Shown here piece by piece: positions 19,440 through 29,417 of a DNA stretch of 64,000 nt. A program made the position numbers and the translations under genes. The DNA comes from Dehalococcoidia bacterium (GTDB lineage: Bacteria > Chloroflexota > Dehalococcoidia > Plut-88900): NCBI GenBank assembly GCA_965207225.1, contig CBDBLV010000005.1:480001-544000 (forward strand), written 5' to 3'. Below the pieces are notes generated by a model, which saw only the letters and a program-made list of their open reading frames with translations, was not told the origin of the DNA and ran no database searches. Positions within the stretch are counted from its first letter, which is position 1. Each line of letters begins with the position of its first letter.

Positions 19440-20852
19440 CTAGAGGTGCATCACCACCAGCTTCAGCTCGGTCATCTCTTCCACCGCGTACCGGGGCCCT
19501 TCTTTGCCCATGCCGCTGTACTTCAGCCCGCCGTAGGGCATCAGGTCGGCCCTCCACTGCGGCCCGTAGTTGATGTGCAAACTCCCGGACTCAACTTCCT
19601 TGGCGAACTTCATCGCCCAGTCGATGTTCTGCGTAAAAATGCCTGCCGAGAGCCCGTATTCGCTGTCGTTCGCCAGCGCGATCGCATCGTCGATGTCGTT
19701 CACGGGCGTAACCGCCACAGCCGGCCCGAACAGCTCCTCGCAGGAGATCTTCATCTCGGGCTTCACGTCCGCAACGATCGTCGGCGCGTATATCGCCCCT
19801 TCCCGCTCCCCGCCCGTGACCACGGTAGCGCCCGTGGCCACCGCCGTGTCTATCCATTCCCCAACGCGCACGGCCTCTTCCTCTTTAACCATGGGGCCCA
19901 TCTGTATGCCTTCTTCTATCGGGTTGCCGATCTTTATCGACTCCACGCCTTCCTTCAATCCTTCCAAGTAGTCGGCGTAGATCCTCTTGTCCGCCAGCAC
20001 CCGCTGCGTGGATATGCACACCTGCCCCGCGTTGGAATAGCCGCTCGCCACCGTCGCTTTGATTACCTTGTCCAGGTCGGCGTCCGGCATCACGATCAGC
20101 GGGCTGTTCGACCCGAGCTCCATCGTCACCTTCTTCACCCCGGCCATCTTGCAGATGTGCTCGCCTACTTCCTTGCTTCCCGTGAACGTGATCTTCCTCA
20201 CCCGTCCGTCGGTGCTGATAGAGTCCCCGATGAGCTTCCCGCTCCCCGTGACGCACTGAATCGCCTCGGGCGGCAGTCCCGCATCCAGCAACACCTCAAC
20301 CAGCTTCAGCGCCGACAGCGGCGTGTCCGTGGCCGGCTTGATGAGCACCGAGTTCCCCGCCGCCAACGCAGGCCCGACCTTGTGCATCACCAGGTTCAAC
20401 GGGAAATTGAATGGGCTGATCGCTGCTACAATCCCACATGGCACCCGCATCGTGAACCCGAACTGCCCCGACCAGCTCGGTGCTCCGTCCAGGGGCACCG
20501 TCTCGCCGTGGATCCTCTTGGCCTCCTCCGCGGAACCCGTCAAAGTCTGCACCGCCCGGTCCACCTCCACCCGACCCTCCGCTATTACCTTTCCCTCTTC
20601 CAGCGTGATTATCCGGGCGTGCTCCTCCCGGCGTTCTTCCAGCAGGTCCGCCGCCTTCTTCAGGATTCTGTACCGCTCGTGCGCCGGCATCTTCGCCATC
20701 ACCTTGGCGCCCCGGGCTGCACTCGTTATCGCAGCATCGATGTCGGATTCTTCCGACCTCGGAATAGTGTCTATCTCATTGCCATCGTACGGGTTGACCA
20801 CCGAAATCTTCTTGTCCTTGTCAACCCACTCTCCTGCTACGAACATCTTCAT
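19440..20852 (-). CDS. NAD(P)-dependent aldehyde dehydrogenase
   Basis: PFNFP, FTGS, MELG, GQVCIS, EELFGP. Confidence 0.95.
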   Translation of the reverse strand: MKMFVAGEWVDKDKKISVVNPYDGNEIDTIPRSEESDIDAAITSAARGAKVMAKMPAHERYRILKKAADLLEERREEHARIITLEEGKVIAEGRVEVDRAVQTLTGSAEEAKRIHGETVPLDGAPSWSGQFGFTMRVPCGIVAAISPFNFPLNLVMHKVGPALAAGNSVLIKPATDTPLSALKLVEVLLDAGLPPEAIQCVTGSGKLIGDSISTDGRVRKITFTGSKEVGEHICKMAGVKKVTMELGSNSPLIVMPDADLDKVIKATVASGYSNAGQVCISTQRVLADKRIYADYLEGLKEGVESIKIGNPIEEGIQMGPMVKEEEAVRVGEWIDTAVATGATVVTGGEREGAIYAPTIVADVKPEMKISCEELFGPAVAVTPVNDIDDAIALANDSEYGLSAGIFTQNIDWAMKFAKEVESGSLHINYGPQWRADLMPYGGLKYSGMGKEGPRYAVEEMTELKLVVMHL

Positions 20853-20999
20853 GGACTTTTCCTCCTGGTCGTCGCCGACGAGTTAAATGTTCAAATCCTT
20901 CTTGGGCCCCGAGGCCCTCACGCCTCGCTCCTCTCGGCCCGCCGCCGCCCATTATACCCCATGCTCTCCACGCCCTTTGCATACACCCCCTGCTCAACC

Positions 21000-21088
21000 G
21001 TCATGCCGGCCCCCGAGCCGGAATCCATCCCCTGGGGGCGGGGCAGAATCCGCTCATCCTGAGGTCACTCGAAGGGTCGAGCGGATTC
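21000..21088 (+). repeat. REP-like repeats: family C copy and repeat D copy 2
   Basis: GTCATGCCGGCCCCCGAGCCGGAATCCATCCCC followed by GAATCCGCTC..GAGCGGATTC hairpin. Confidence 0.72.
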
Positions 21089-21171
21089 CGGGAGGGGTTC
21101 CCTTAGAGGGCAGGTTATGTATAAGAAAAGAGTGACTTCGGTATTGAACAAGAGCCCGGACTAGGTGCCCC

Positions 21172-22479
21172 CTATAACCCAACCTCCGTCATCGACCTGT
21201 CCAGTATCTCCACCCCCCGGTCAAGCTCCTCGTAAGTCGCCGTCATCGGCGGCGCGATACGCCACACGTTCGCAATATTCGCATAGGACGCCTGCTGAAG
21301 GATCAGACCGTTCTCCAGACACTTCTTCGTCAGCAGCCGGGTCTCCTCCCCCGCCGGCTCCTTTGTCACCGGATCCTTCACCAGCTCCATCCCCAGCAGC
21401 AACCCCCGACCCCTCACATCCCCGATAATCGGATGGTCTTCCTTCATTCTTATATATGCGTCCTTCAGGTACTGCCCCTTGGCCCGGGCCTCGTCCGCCA
21501 ATCCTTCCTTCACCAGCACCTCGATCACCGCCAGCCCCACCGCCGCCGCAAACGGATCGTTCTGGTGCGACGATATGAACGCCATCCCCTTGTCGTGGCA
21601 CGTCTCCTCGATTTCTGCCGAAGTGATCATCGCCGCCAGCGGCAGCCCCGCCCCCAGCGTCTTGGACAGCGCCAGTATGTCCGGCACGAACCCGTCCTGC
21701 TCGAACGCGAACGTCGCACCCACCCTCCCCATCCCCGTTTGTGCCTCATCCAGGATGAACAGCATCCCCCTCTCCTCGCACATCCGCTTCACCAGCGGGA
21801 AATAGCCGGGCGGCGGCTCAAGGATTCCTGCCGCGCTCATGATTGGCTCTGCAATGAACGCTGCCAGCGACCCCGTGCTCTGAGCATCCACCATGTCAAA
21901 CCCGACCCTCGCACACGCATAGTCGCAGGACGGGAAACTCATTTGAAGGGGGCACCGGTAGCAGTGTGGCGTGGGAATGGCGATGCCACCTGGCACCCAC
22001 GGCCCAAACCCTCCCCGCCTGTTGGAGAACGTCACGCTCATCGCCCCGCCCGTGTGCCCGTGGTATCCCTGGATAAGCCCCACCACCTCGAAGCGGCCCG
22101 TGAACATCTTCGCCACCTTCAGCGCCACCTCCGTCGACTCCCCGCCCGTGCTCAGCAGCAACACTTTCTGCAACTGCTCCGGCAGCAGGTCCGCCAGCGA
22201 TTTCCCAAGCTCTATGACCTCTTCACTCACCAGGTTCGTATTCAGGTGCAGCACCCGCTCGCAGCTGCGTTTCAGCGCTTCCGTGATCGCAGGATGGTTG
22301 TGACCGATGCTCGCCGCCATCTGCCCCGACCCGAAGTCCAGGTACTCCTTTCCATCCACGTCCACCAGCATCGCCCCCCGACCGTATGCCATGACCGGTT
22401 CCCCGTAGTCTTTTGAAGACCGGAACAGGTGGGCCTTCGCCTGGTCCAACAATTCGGCTTTCCGGGCATCTTTCTTCAT
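21172..22479 (-). CDS. Class III PLP aminotransferase, 2,2-dialkylglycine decarboxylase-like
   Basis: DFGSGQM, QSTGSLAAFIAEPI, DEAQTG, LSKTLGAGLPLAA, RIAPP; start reassigned to ATG 22479 (AGGAG RBS). Confidence 0.85.
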   Translation of the reverse strand: MKKDARKAELLDQAKAHLFRSSKDYGEPVMAYGRGAMLVDVDGKEYLDFGSGQMAASIGHNHPAITEALKRSCERVLHLNTNLVSEEVIELGKSLADLLPEQLQKVLLLSTGGESTEVALKVAKMFTGRFEVVGLIQGYHGHTGGAMSVTFSNRRGGFGPWVPGGIAIPTPHCYRCPLQMSFPSCDYACARVGFDMVDAQSTGSLAAFIAEPIMSAAGILEPPPGYFPLVKRMCEERGMLFILDEAQTGMGRVGATFAFEQDGFVPDILALSKTLGAGLPLAAMITSAEIEETCHDKGMAFISSHQNDPFAAAVGLAVIEVLVKEGLADEARAKGQYLKDAYIRMKEDHPIIGDVRGRGLLLGMELVKDPVTKEPAGEETRLLTKKCLENGLILQQASYANIANVWRIAPPMTATYEELDRGVEILDRSMTEVGL

Positions 22480-22571
22480 TTCAAACTCCTTGCAGAGGCT
22501 CCGATACGTGACTCGACTCATTGTATATTGACCTGCAAGCACGGGGCCCGCAATACGCACGAGAAAGAGGG

Positions 22572-22600
22572 TTGACAAGCCAACCGCTGGCCCCTATACT
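22572..22600 (+). promoter_or_regulatory. Near-consensus sigma70 promoter of the ABC operon
   Basis: TTGACA-N17-TATACT. Confidence 0.8.
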
Positions 22601-22781
22601 GACCCAACTTTTAGGGCATTGGGAGCTTGAAGGTTCCCGTGGGGGTGCCCTTTCATTTCTTTGCTGAAAGAGACCGCAGAGTACACGTATACAGCTTGCG
22701 GACAGCCTCAGACCTGACCGGTAAGCGCAAACAAAGTTGAAGCTTCAGCTAGGAGAGTTACAGACAGGGGGACCTTAAGCT

Positions 22782-23873
22782 ATGGCACAAGCGTTAGAGC
22801 AAATCACAGGCGCTAGCATCTCCATCCGGAACCTCACCAAGCTTTACGGCGAGGTGCGGGCCCTGGACAACGCCAACCTGGAAATCGGCGCTGGAGAGTT
22901 CATTACCCTGCTAGGTCCCTCCGGTTCCGGAAAAACAACCTGCCTCATGATGATCGCAGGTTTTGTTATTCCTACCGCCGGAGACATCTTGGTTGACGGC
23001 AATTCCATTGTGGACATCCCCACCTACAAGCGGAACCTGGGGATGGTTTTCCAGAACTACAGCCTGTTCCCCCACATGAACGTAGAGAAGAACATCGCCT
23101 TCCCGCTCCAGATGAGAAAGATGAAGAAGCGGGAGATCGAGCCCCGAGTCCAGGCTGCCCTGGAACTCGTCCGGCTCTCGGGCTTCGAAAAGAGACGGGC
23201 CAGCCAGCTCAGCGGTGGTCAGCAGCAGCGCATCGCCCTCGCCAGAGCCCTCGTCTACGAACCCTCCGTACTCCTCCTCGACGAGCCCCTCGGTGCCCTG
23301 GACCTCAAGTTGCGTCAGGAAATGCAGATCGAACTGAAGCACCTCCACAACAGGCTCGGAGTCACCATTATCTACGTGACGCACGACCAGGGTGAAGCCC
23401 TCACCATGTCCGACAGGATCGTCGTGCTCAACTTCGGCGCCATCCAGCAGGTCGACACCCCGGACGGTATGTACAAGAGGCCCGTCAACCGCTTCGTTGC
23501 TGACTTCATCGGCGAGACCAACTTCCTTGCCGGCAATGGAGAACTGGACGGCACCAGGTACGTACTGGAGACCGAAGACGGCCTGCGCCTCACCGGTGTA
23601 GCCCGTGACGCTGACATCGACATCGAAAATGCTACCGCCGTAGTGAGGCCGGAGAGCATCGTCGAAATCACGGAGTCCAATGGTATGCCCAATGTGTTCG
23701 AAGGCGAAATTGAGGAGATTATCTACCTCGGTGAGCACGTCAAGTACCACATCAGGCTCGGGAACAACACCCGCGTCATGGCCAAATGGCTCCTCAATGC
23801 CGACTCAAACCTCTATAAGCCGGGTGAGCGGGTCCGAATCGGCTGGGAAGCCAACGACATGCTCGCAGTCTAG
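22782..23873 (+). CDS. ABC transporter ATP-binding protein, PotA-like
   Basis: GPSGSGKT, LSGGQQQR, LLLDEP, TOBE-like C-terminus. Confidence 0.93.
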   Translation: MAQALEQITGASISIRNLTKLYGEVRALDNANLEIGAGEFITLLGPSGSGKTTCLMMIAGFVIPTAGDILVDGNSIVDIPTYKRNLGMVFQNYSLFPHMNVEKNIAFPLQMRKMKKREIEPRVQAALELVRLSGFEKRRASQLSGGQQQRIALARALVYEPSVLLLDEPLGALDLKLRQEMQIELKHLHNRLGVTIIYVTHDQGEALTMSDRIVVLNFGAIQQVDTPDGMYKRPVNRFVADFIGETNFLAGNGELDGTRYVLETEDGLRLTGVARDADIDIENATAVVRPESIVEITESNGMPNVFEGEIEEIIYLGEHVKYHIRLGNNTRVMAKWLLNADSNLYKPGERVRIGWEANDMLAV

Positions 23874-24003
23874 GTTCGAGAATATCGAGATCAATTTCGT
23901 AGTCAACGGAGCACTCACACACACGACAGCTAGGCCAAATATCCCGGACATCTCGTGGCCAATGCTGCAGGAATAGGGATGAAGCCGAAGACTGGAGACA
24001 GGT

Positions 24004-25143
24004 ATGGCTCAAGCAACAGGAGCAAGAGAATCAGGCGGTCTGGTTAGAAAGATCCCTTACGTCTCTGGCTCGATCGAAATGGTCGGGGCACTCAAAGATG
24101 TGGGAGATCAGATACAGGATCCTGCCAGGCGGCGGCTCCTCTGGCTCAAAATCAAGGAACAGGGCTTCTTCCTGTCTCTCGTCTTGCCCGCCGTGGCGCT
24201 TGTCACCATCTTCCTCATCTACCCCCTCTGGCGCATGTTCTCCCTCAGCTTCGGCAGCCTGGAGGACGGCGTAGCCTTCAACTACAACTTTGATACGATT
24301 GACCAGTACCAGAGGGCTATCGATGGCCCTGTCTATAGAGAGTTATTCAAGACAACTTTCCAGATCTCATTCCTGACCACCGTCTTTTCCATTTTGCTCG
24401 GGTATCCCGTGGCCTATCTACTGGCCAACGTCGCGGACAAGACCCGGGCCATTTTGCTTCCCCTGGTAGTCGTACCCTTCTGGACCAGCATCCTGGTTCG
24501 CACATTTGCCTGGCGCATAATCCTCGGCCGCAATGGCTTCATCAATGAAACTCTCGACTGGATCGGCCTCCGGGATGGCTTCGGAGAAGCCCTCCAATGG
24601 GTCGGCGAAGTTCTGGAAATGCGTCCCTTCAGATGGATGCTTGACTGGACCGGCCTTCCCGACGCCCTGAGCTTCAGTGGCTGGGAGCCCGCCGCGGGCG
24701 GGACTGGCGGCGAGTTGGAGCTCGTCTTCAATAGGATCGGCACCCTGGTGGGAATGATCCACATCCTTGTTCCATTCATGATTTTCCCCATCTTCGCAGT
24801 CATGCGTGGTATCCCCAACGAATACCTGCGGGCCGCCGAGAACCTTGGCGCCGGCCCCTTCACCGCCTTCCGTCGGGTCTATTTCCCCCTCACCCTACCC
24901 GGCCTCGGCGCAGGCATACTGCTGGTCTTCATCCTCTCCCTTGGCTTCTTCATCACCCCCGCCCTCCTTGGTGGCCCCGGTGACCGGATGATATCCAACA
25001 TGATCGAAATTCAGATTAATGAAGTGAACAACTGGGAGTTTGCGGCTGCCCTTGCCTTCATGCTCCTCGGCGGTACCCTCGTTTTGTACTTCATCTACGC
25101 CCGATTCCTCAGTATGGACAGGCTGTACGGAGAGATGCGTTAG
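24004..25143 (+). CDS. ABC permease, PotB-like, with loop insertion
   Basis: PFWTSILVRTFAW, AAENLGA (EAA loop), GFFITPALLGG. Confidence 0.9.
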   Translation: MAQATGARESGGLVRKIPYVSGSIEMVGALKDVGDQIQDPARRRLLWLKIKEQGFFLSLVLPAVALVTIFLIYPLWRMFSLSFGSLEDGVAFNYNFDTIDQYQRAIDGPVYRELFKTTFQISFLTTVFSILLGYPVAYLLANVADKTRAILLPLVVVPFWTSILVRTFAWRIILGRNGFINETLDWIGLRDGFGEALQWVGEVLEMRPFRWMLDWTGLPDALSFSGWEPAAGGTGGELELVFNRIGTLVGMIHILVPFMIFPIFAVMRGIPNEYLRAAENLGAGPFTAFRRVYFPLTLPGLGAGILLVFILSLGFFITPALLGGPGDRMISNMIEIQINEVNNWEFAAALAFMLLGGTLVLYFIYARFLSMDRLYGEMR

Positions 25144-25198
25144 CGAGCAGACCTAGCCTACCCGCGCCCCGGCAATTGATACAAGGAGTTGAGAGAAC

Positions 25199-26362
25199 AT
25201 GAAAGGTGCAGGCACTAGAGGACTTGGTGTTTGGGAAGGCCGTAGGGCCCCTATCAGAAGGGTGCTCCTGTACCTTTTCGTCTCCCTGATCTTCGCTTTC
25301 CTCATACTCCCCAACTTCATCGTCATACCCCTTTCGGTGACCGACTCCATATTCCTGCAGTTCCCGCCCAGGGGGTTCACCTGGCGCTGGTATCAGGACT
25401 ACTTCGGCGTCGAGGGCGCTAGTCACTTCGGCTCTACCGGCCGCTGGATCCCGGCGACCATCATCAGCGTCGAGCTCGCCATCGCCGTTATGATCGTCGC
25501 CGTGCCCATCGGCGCATTGGCCGCCTACGGGCTCACCCGGGGCCGCTTCTGGGGCAAGAACATCCTTAACGCTGTGATCATATCCCCCCTTATCGTGCCC
25601 ATCCTGATTACCGCTATCGCCCTCTTCTTCTTCTTGTCCAAGGCGCTGCGTTCCTTCTTCAAGTCACCCCAGGGGCTCTCTGTCCCCATATGGGGAGAGT
25701 ACCTGCTCATCTTCATGGCCATCGCCTTGGGAGTGTTCTCCATTGGCCTCCTCATGTTCAGGACCTTCTACAAAAAGCCCATTGAAGATTGGGACCCAAG
25801 GTTGACTGCTTGGTATGAACGCCTAAGGCCCTGGGCTCCAATCGGTCTCCTGCTTACCGCTCCTTATCTCGTCATCCCTTGGCTGTCCGGCTGGACCGAC
25901 AAATTTGACGGCGGCCTCTTTTCCTCTGCCGACCCCTATCCCCAGGTGCCTGTGGTTGGTGCAGGCCTGTTGATAGCCCACGTGATGCTCGCCGTCCCTT
26001 ACGTGACCATCATCCTCAGCGCAACCCTCAGAAACGTCGAACGCAACCAGGACCAGGCGGCTTCCATCCTCGGAGCAGGCCCCATCACTACGCTGGTTAG
26101 GGCCGTGCTGCCACAAATGGTCCCCGGCCTTGCCGCCGGAGCCTTCTTCTCCTTCCTCGTCTCCTTCGACGAACTGCTTATAGCTCTCTTCCTCTCAACC
26201 AGCCAGATAAGCACCCTGCCCAAGGAGATCTGGGACGGCATACGGACCGAGATCAGCCCCACTATCGCTGCAATCTCGACCATGCTCGTGTTGCTCACCG
26301 TTATCCTTCTCGGCTTGGCCTTCTTCGTACAGACCAAGATGCGCCAGCGGGACGCGGTATAG
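25199..26362 (+). CDS. ABC permease, PotC-like, with ~100-aa insertion
   Basis: FPPRGFTWRWY, SPLIVP, AASILGA, SFDE, TLP. Confidence 0.9.
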   Translation: MKGAGTRGLGVWEGRRAPIRRVLLYLFVSLIFAFLILPNFIVIPLSVTDSIFLQFPPRGFTWRWYQDYFGVEGASHFGSTGRWIPATIISVELAIAVMIVAVPIGALAAYGLTRGRFWGKNILNAVIISPLIVPILITAIALFFFLSKALRSFFKSPQGLSVPIWGEYLLIFMAIALGVFSIGLLMFRTFYKKPIEDWDPRLTAWYERLRPWAPIGLLLTAPYLVIPWLSGWTDKFDGGLFSSADPYPQVPVVGAGLLIAHVMLAVPYVTIILSATLRNVERNQDQAASILGAGPITTLVRAVLPQMVPGLAAGAFFSFLVSFDELLIALFLSTSQISTLPKEIWDGIRTEISPTIAAISTMLVLLTVILLGLAFFVQTKMRQRDAV

Positions 26363-26410
26363 ACTTAAGGAAAATCAGCTAGAAATCTCGGCGAGAAAAG
26401 GAAAACGTAG

Positions 26411-27016
26411 ATGCGCACCATTAAGCGTAAATTCATATTACTAGCTCTGGCAGGGCTAATTGCATTGCTTGCCGTCTCCCTTGCCTGCGGTGGCGGCGCC
26501 ACGGACGATGGAGATAGTGGTGGTGATACCACTACTACAGAGGAAACTGACACAGGTTCCGGCGAACAGCCCACCCCCCGCCCCACCAACACCCCGGCTG
26601 CACCCACCCGCATTGAAGGCGTCCCCGAACCCGAGGAGTGGGACGGCAGCGAAGGCATCGCAGCTACCGAGAGCAGTGCCGACATGACCGCAGTTGGCGC
26701 AGACGGTCTCGGTGGATCCCTCCACCTCATCCAGATCGAACGCAAGACCAAGGTCACCCTGACTCTGGACGACGCCGGGCCCGGCCCCTACGCCGCAGCA
26801 GTCCGCCGGGGCGGCTGCCCCGACGAAGGAGCTGAGGCAGGCGGCCAGTTCGACTACCTCCTCTTTGACGTGGAAGACGGCGAGTCTGTCAGCATGGTCA
26901 ACACTCCCGCCCAGTTCTTCCAGTTCAGCCTTGCCTACGTTGTGGTAGTCGGTGGTACGGATCTCATAAACGACCCCGTGATCTCCTGCGGCAACATCCC
27001 CAGCCCCCTCAGGTAG
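26411..27016 (+). CDS. Lipoprotein with small beta-rich C-terminal domain (Cys pair, ends in CGNI)
   Basis: VSLAC lipobox, acidic/Pro linker, RRGGCP...VISCGNIP. Confidence 0.8.
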   Translation: MRTIKRKFILLALAGLIALLAVSLACGGGATDDGDSGGDTTTTEETDTGSGEQPTPRPTNTPAAPTRIEGVPEPEEWDGSEGIAATESSADMTAVGADGLGGSLHLIQIERKTKVTLTLDDAGPGPYAAAVRRGGCPDEGAEAGGQFDYLLFDVEDGESVSMVNTPAQFFQFSLAYVVVVGGTDLINDPVISCGNIPSPLR

Positions 27017-27037
27017 ACACGAGTCCCGACGAAAATA

Positions 27038-27075
27038 ATGGCCGGGGCCCCGATTCAGGGCCCCGGCCATCGTTT
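27038..27075 (+). terminator. Intrinsic terminator
   Basis: ATGGCCGGGGCCC / GGGCCCCGGCCAT 13-bp stem followed by CGTTT. Confidence 0.8.
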
Positions 27076-27114
27076 ATCCCCCACTGGGAGAGTTATTGAC
27101 TAGGCTAAACGCTT

Positions 27115-27927
27115 ATGACTGACTATACGACACTTTCATCCATCAAAGTTGCCGTCCAGGATTCCATAGCCCTCGTCACCCTGGACCGCCCCGACTCCCT
27201 CAACGCCGTCGACCACCGGATGCACCATGAGCTCGAAGAGCTCTTCGCCCTCCTCGCCGAGGACTCAGAGGTCAACGCAGTGGTAATCACTGGCGCCGGC
27301 AAGGCCTTCTCTGCCGGCGGAGACATTCAGGGCATGAAGGACCGGGCCAGCGACCCCGACACCCTCCGTGAATACGTCCATAGCTGGATTCTTCAGGGCC
27401 CCCGAAAGCTGGTCAGAAACCTCCTGGAAGTCCCTCAGCCCATAATCGCCGCGGTCAACGGCCACGCCATAGGCCTCGGCGCCACACTAGCCCTCCTTTG
27501 CGACATAATCATCGCATCGGAGGACGCCCGAATCGGCGACCCCCACGTCAGCGTCGGCATCGTCGCCGGAGATGGCGGCGCCGCCATCTGGCCCCTCCTG
27601 GTCAGCCTGTCCAAGGCCAAGGAGATGCTCCTCACCGGCGACCTGATCACCGCTAAGGAGGCCCGTGACCTGGGAGTCGTAAACCACGCCGTGCCCCGAG
27701 ACCAGGTCCTCCCCGATGCCATGAAGCTCGCTCATAGGCTCGCCTCCGGCCCGACCCTCGCCATCCGCTGGACAAAGATGGCCCTCAACAAGCGCCTTCG
27801 CGATGAGGTTAACCTCGTCCTTGAAGCCTCCCTCGCCACCGAGGGCCTCTCCTTCCTCACCCGTGATCACGCCGAGGCCGTAGACGCCTTCCTCGAAAAA
27901 CGCAAACCCAACTTCCAGGGCCGCTGA
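27115..27927 (+). CDS. Enoyl-CoA hydratase/isomerase family protein
   Basis: FSAGGD, AAVNGHAIGLG, AGDGG, AFLEKRKPNFQG. Confidence 0.93.
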   Translation: MTDYTTLSSIKVAVQDSIALVTLDRPDSLNAVDHRMHHELEELFALLAEDSEVNAVVITGAGKAFSAGGDIQGMKDRASDPDTLREYVHSWILQGPRKLVRNLLEVPQPIIAAVNGHAIGLGATLALLCDIIIASEDARIGDPHVSVGIVAGDGGAAIWPLLVSLSKAKEMLLTGDLITAKEARDLGVVNHAVPRDQVLPDAMKLAHRLASGPTLAIRWTKMALNKRLRDEVNLVLEASLATEGLSFLTRDHAEAVDAFLEKRKPNFQGR

Positions 27928-27994
27928 CCTTGGGCATGATGTTCAGGGCACCGCACCCCTTCCCTGCCTGGTTTGTGGACATGGACAGGCTCTT

Positions 27995-29212
27995 TTGCAA
28001 GGAAAAAGCGTGAATGGTGTAGCCCAAAGAGGACTCGATCTCTTCAAAGGTCCTAGGACGCCCATGAGAAGGGCCCTCCTTTACCCGTTCGCGTCTCTGA
28101 CCCTCGCCTTCCTTTTCCTGCCCAGCTTCATAGTCGTACCTTTATCAGTGACTAATTCCATATTCCTGCATTTCCCCCCGCGAGGATTTACCTGGGCTTG
28201 GTATGTGGAGTACTTACATCCGTTGAAGGAAAGGGGCTATAGTGCTTTCGGGGCGTCGCCGTCTCTGGGGATTTATAAGACCTTCATAAGCTTCGAGTTG
28301 GCTATAATGGTCGCAGCGTTGGCGGTGCCCGTAGGCGCCCTTGCGGCCTACGGCCTTTCTCGTGGCCGCTTCTGGGGACGGAACCTCCTCAGCGCCTTCA
28401 TCCTCTCGCCCTTCATAGTACCGGCAATGATAGCTGCCGTTGCACTGTTCTTCTTCTTGTCGAACAGCCTGCCCTCCTTCCTTGAGTCCCCCGCGGGGGT
28501 TTCGGTCCCCGTGTGGGGAGAATTCTTGCTGATATTCTTGTCCATTGGGCTCGGCGTCGCATCCATAGGACTGCTGCTCTTCAGAACGTTCTACAGGAAG
28601 CCCATGGACGACTGGAACCCTAAGCTGCTCTTATGGTATGAGCGGCTAAGGCCCTGGGCCCCCGTTTTACTGCTGCTGACGGCGGCATACCTCCTGTTTC
28701 CGTGGTTGTCCGCGTCAGCCACTCCGTGGTGGGCGCACCGCGAAGATATATGGCTGTTCAACCCAAGAGACCCGTACCCCCCGGTCCCCGTGGTGAGCCC
28801 CGGGCTGCTACTCGCTCACGTCATGCTCGCCTTGCCCTACGTGACCATCGTATTGAGCGCAGCGCTGAGGAACGTGGAGCGTACCCAGGACCGGGCCGCA
28901 GCCATTTTGGGTGCAGGGCCCATAGCCACGTTGACCCGGGTGGTGTTGCCGCAGGTTAAGCCGGGCTTGGTGCTCGCGGTTGTCTTCGCCGCCCTTGTTT
29001 CGTTTAACGAGGTCCTTATAGCCCTCTTCCTCTCGCCCTCCGACAGCCTAATTCATACGCTCCCGTATCTGATGTGGGACCAAATCAGGACTGCGATCAG
29101 CCCGGAGGTAGCCGCAGCATCAACTATAGTGCTCTTCCTGACCATCGTATTGCTTGGTGTGGCCTTCTTCGTGTCCCGAAGATCGGACGCCGCCAAGCCG
29201 AGACCCGCGTAG
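27995..29212 (+). CDS. Second PotC-like ABC permease (paralogue of 25199-26362)
   Basis: Collinear similarity including the insertion (WYERLRPWAP); start uncertain (GTG 28010 or ATG 28064 possible). Confidence 0.85.
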   Translation: MQGKSVNGVAQRGLDLFKGPRTPMRRALLYPFASLTLAFLFLPSFIVVPLSVTNSIFLHFPPRGFTWAWYVEYLHPLKERGYSAFGASPSLGIYKTFISFELAIMVAALAVPVGALAAYGLSRGRFWGRNLLSAFILSPFIVPAMIAAVALFFFLSNSLPSFLESPAGVSVPVWGEFLLIFLSIGLGVASIGLLLFRTFYRKPMDDWNPKLLLWYERLRPWAPVLLLLTAAYLLFPWLSASATPWWAHREDIWLFNPRDPYPPVPVVSPGLLLAHVMLALPYVTIVLSAALRNVERTQDRAAAILGAGPIATLTRVVLPQVKPGLVLAVVFAALVSFNEVLIALFLSPSDSLIHTLPYLMWDQIRTAISPEVAAASTIVLFLTIVLLGVAFFVSRRSDAAKPRPA

Positions 29213-29417
29213 CCGCTCTCGGGAATAGTCTGTTTTGGGCGCTCTCCTCAAACCCCTGCTCCTCCCCTTCAAGCTCCTGGCCTGGATTGTCACCTTCCCC
29301 ATCAGGGCCGCTACGGGCCCACTCAAGCTCATGATCGTTATACTACTTCTCGCCCTCGTCATCGCCGGAATACAGATAGTACTGTTTCAGTATTTCTTTG
29401 GAGACTGACATCACCTT

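Noticed and set aside
22660-22730. Glycine riboswitch (GAAAGAGACC...CTCAG resemblance)
   Set aside because: Lacks the CCGAAG and CTCTCAGG core; kept only as an unassigned leader.
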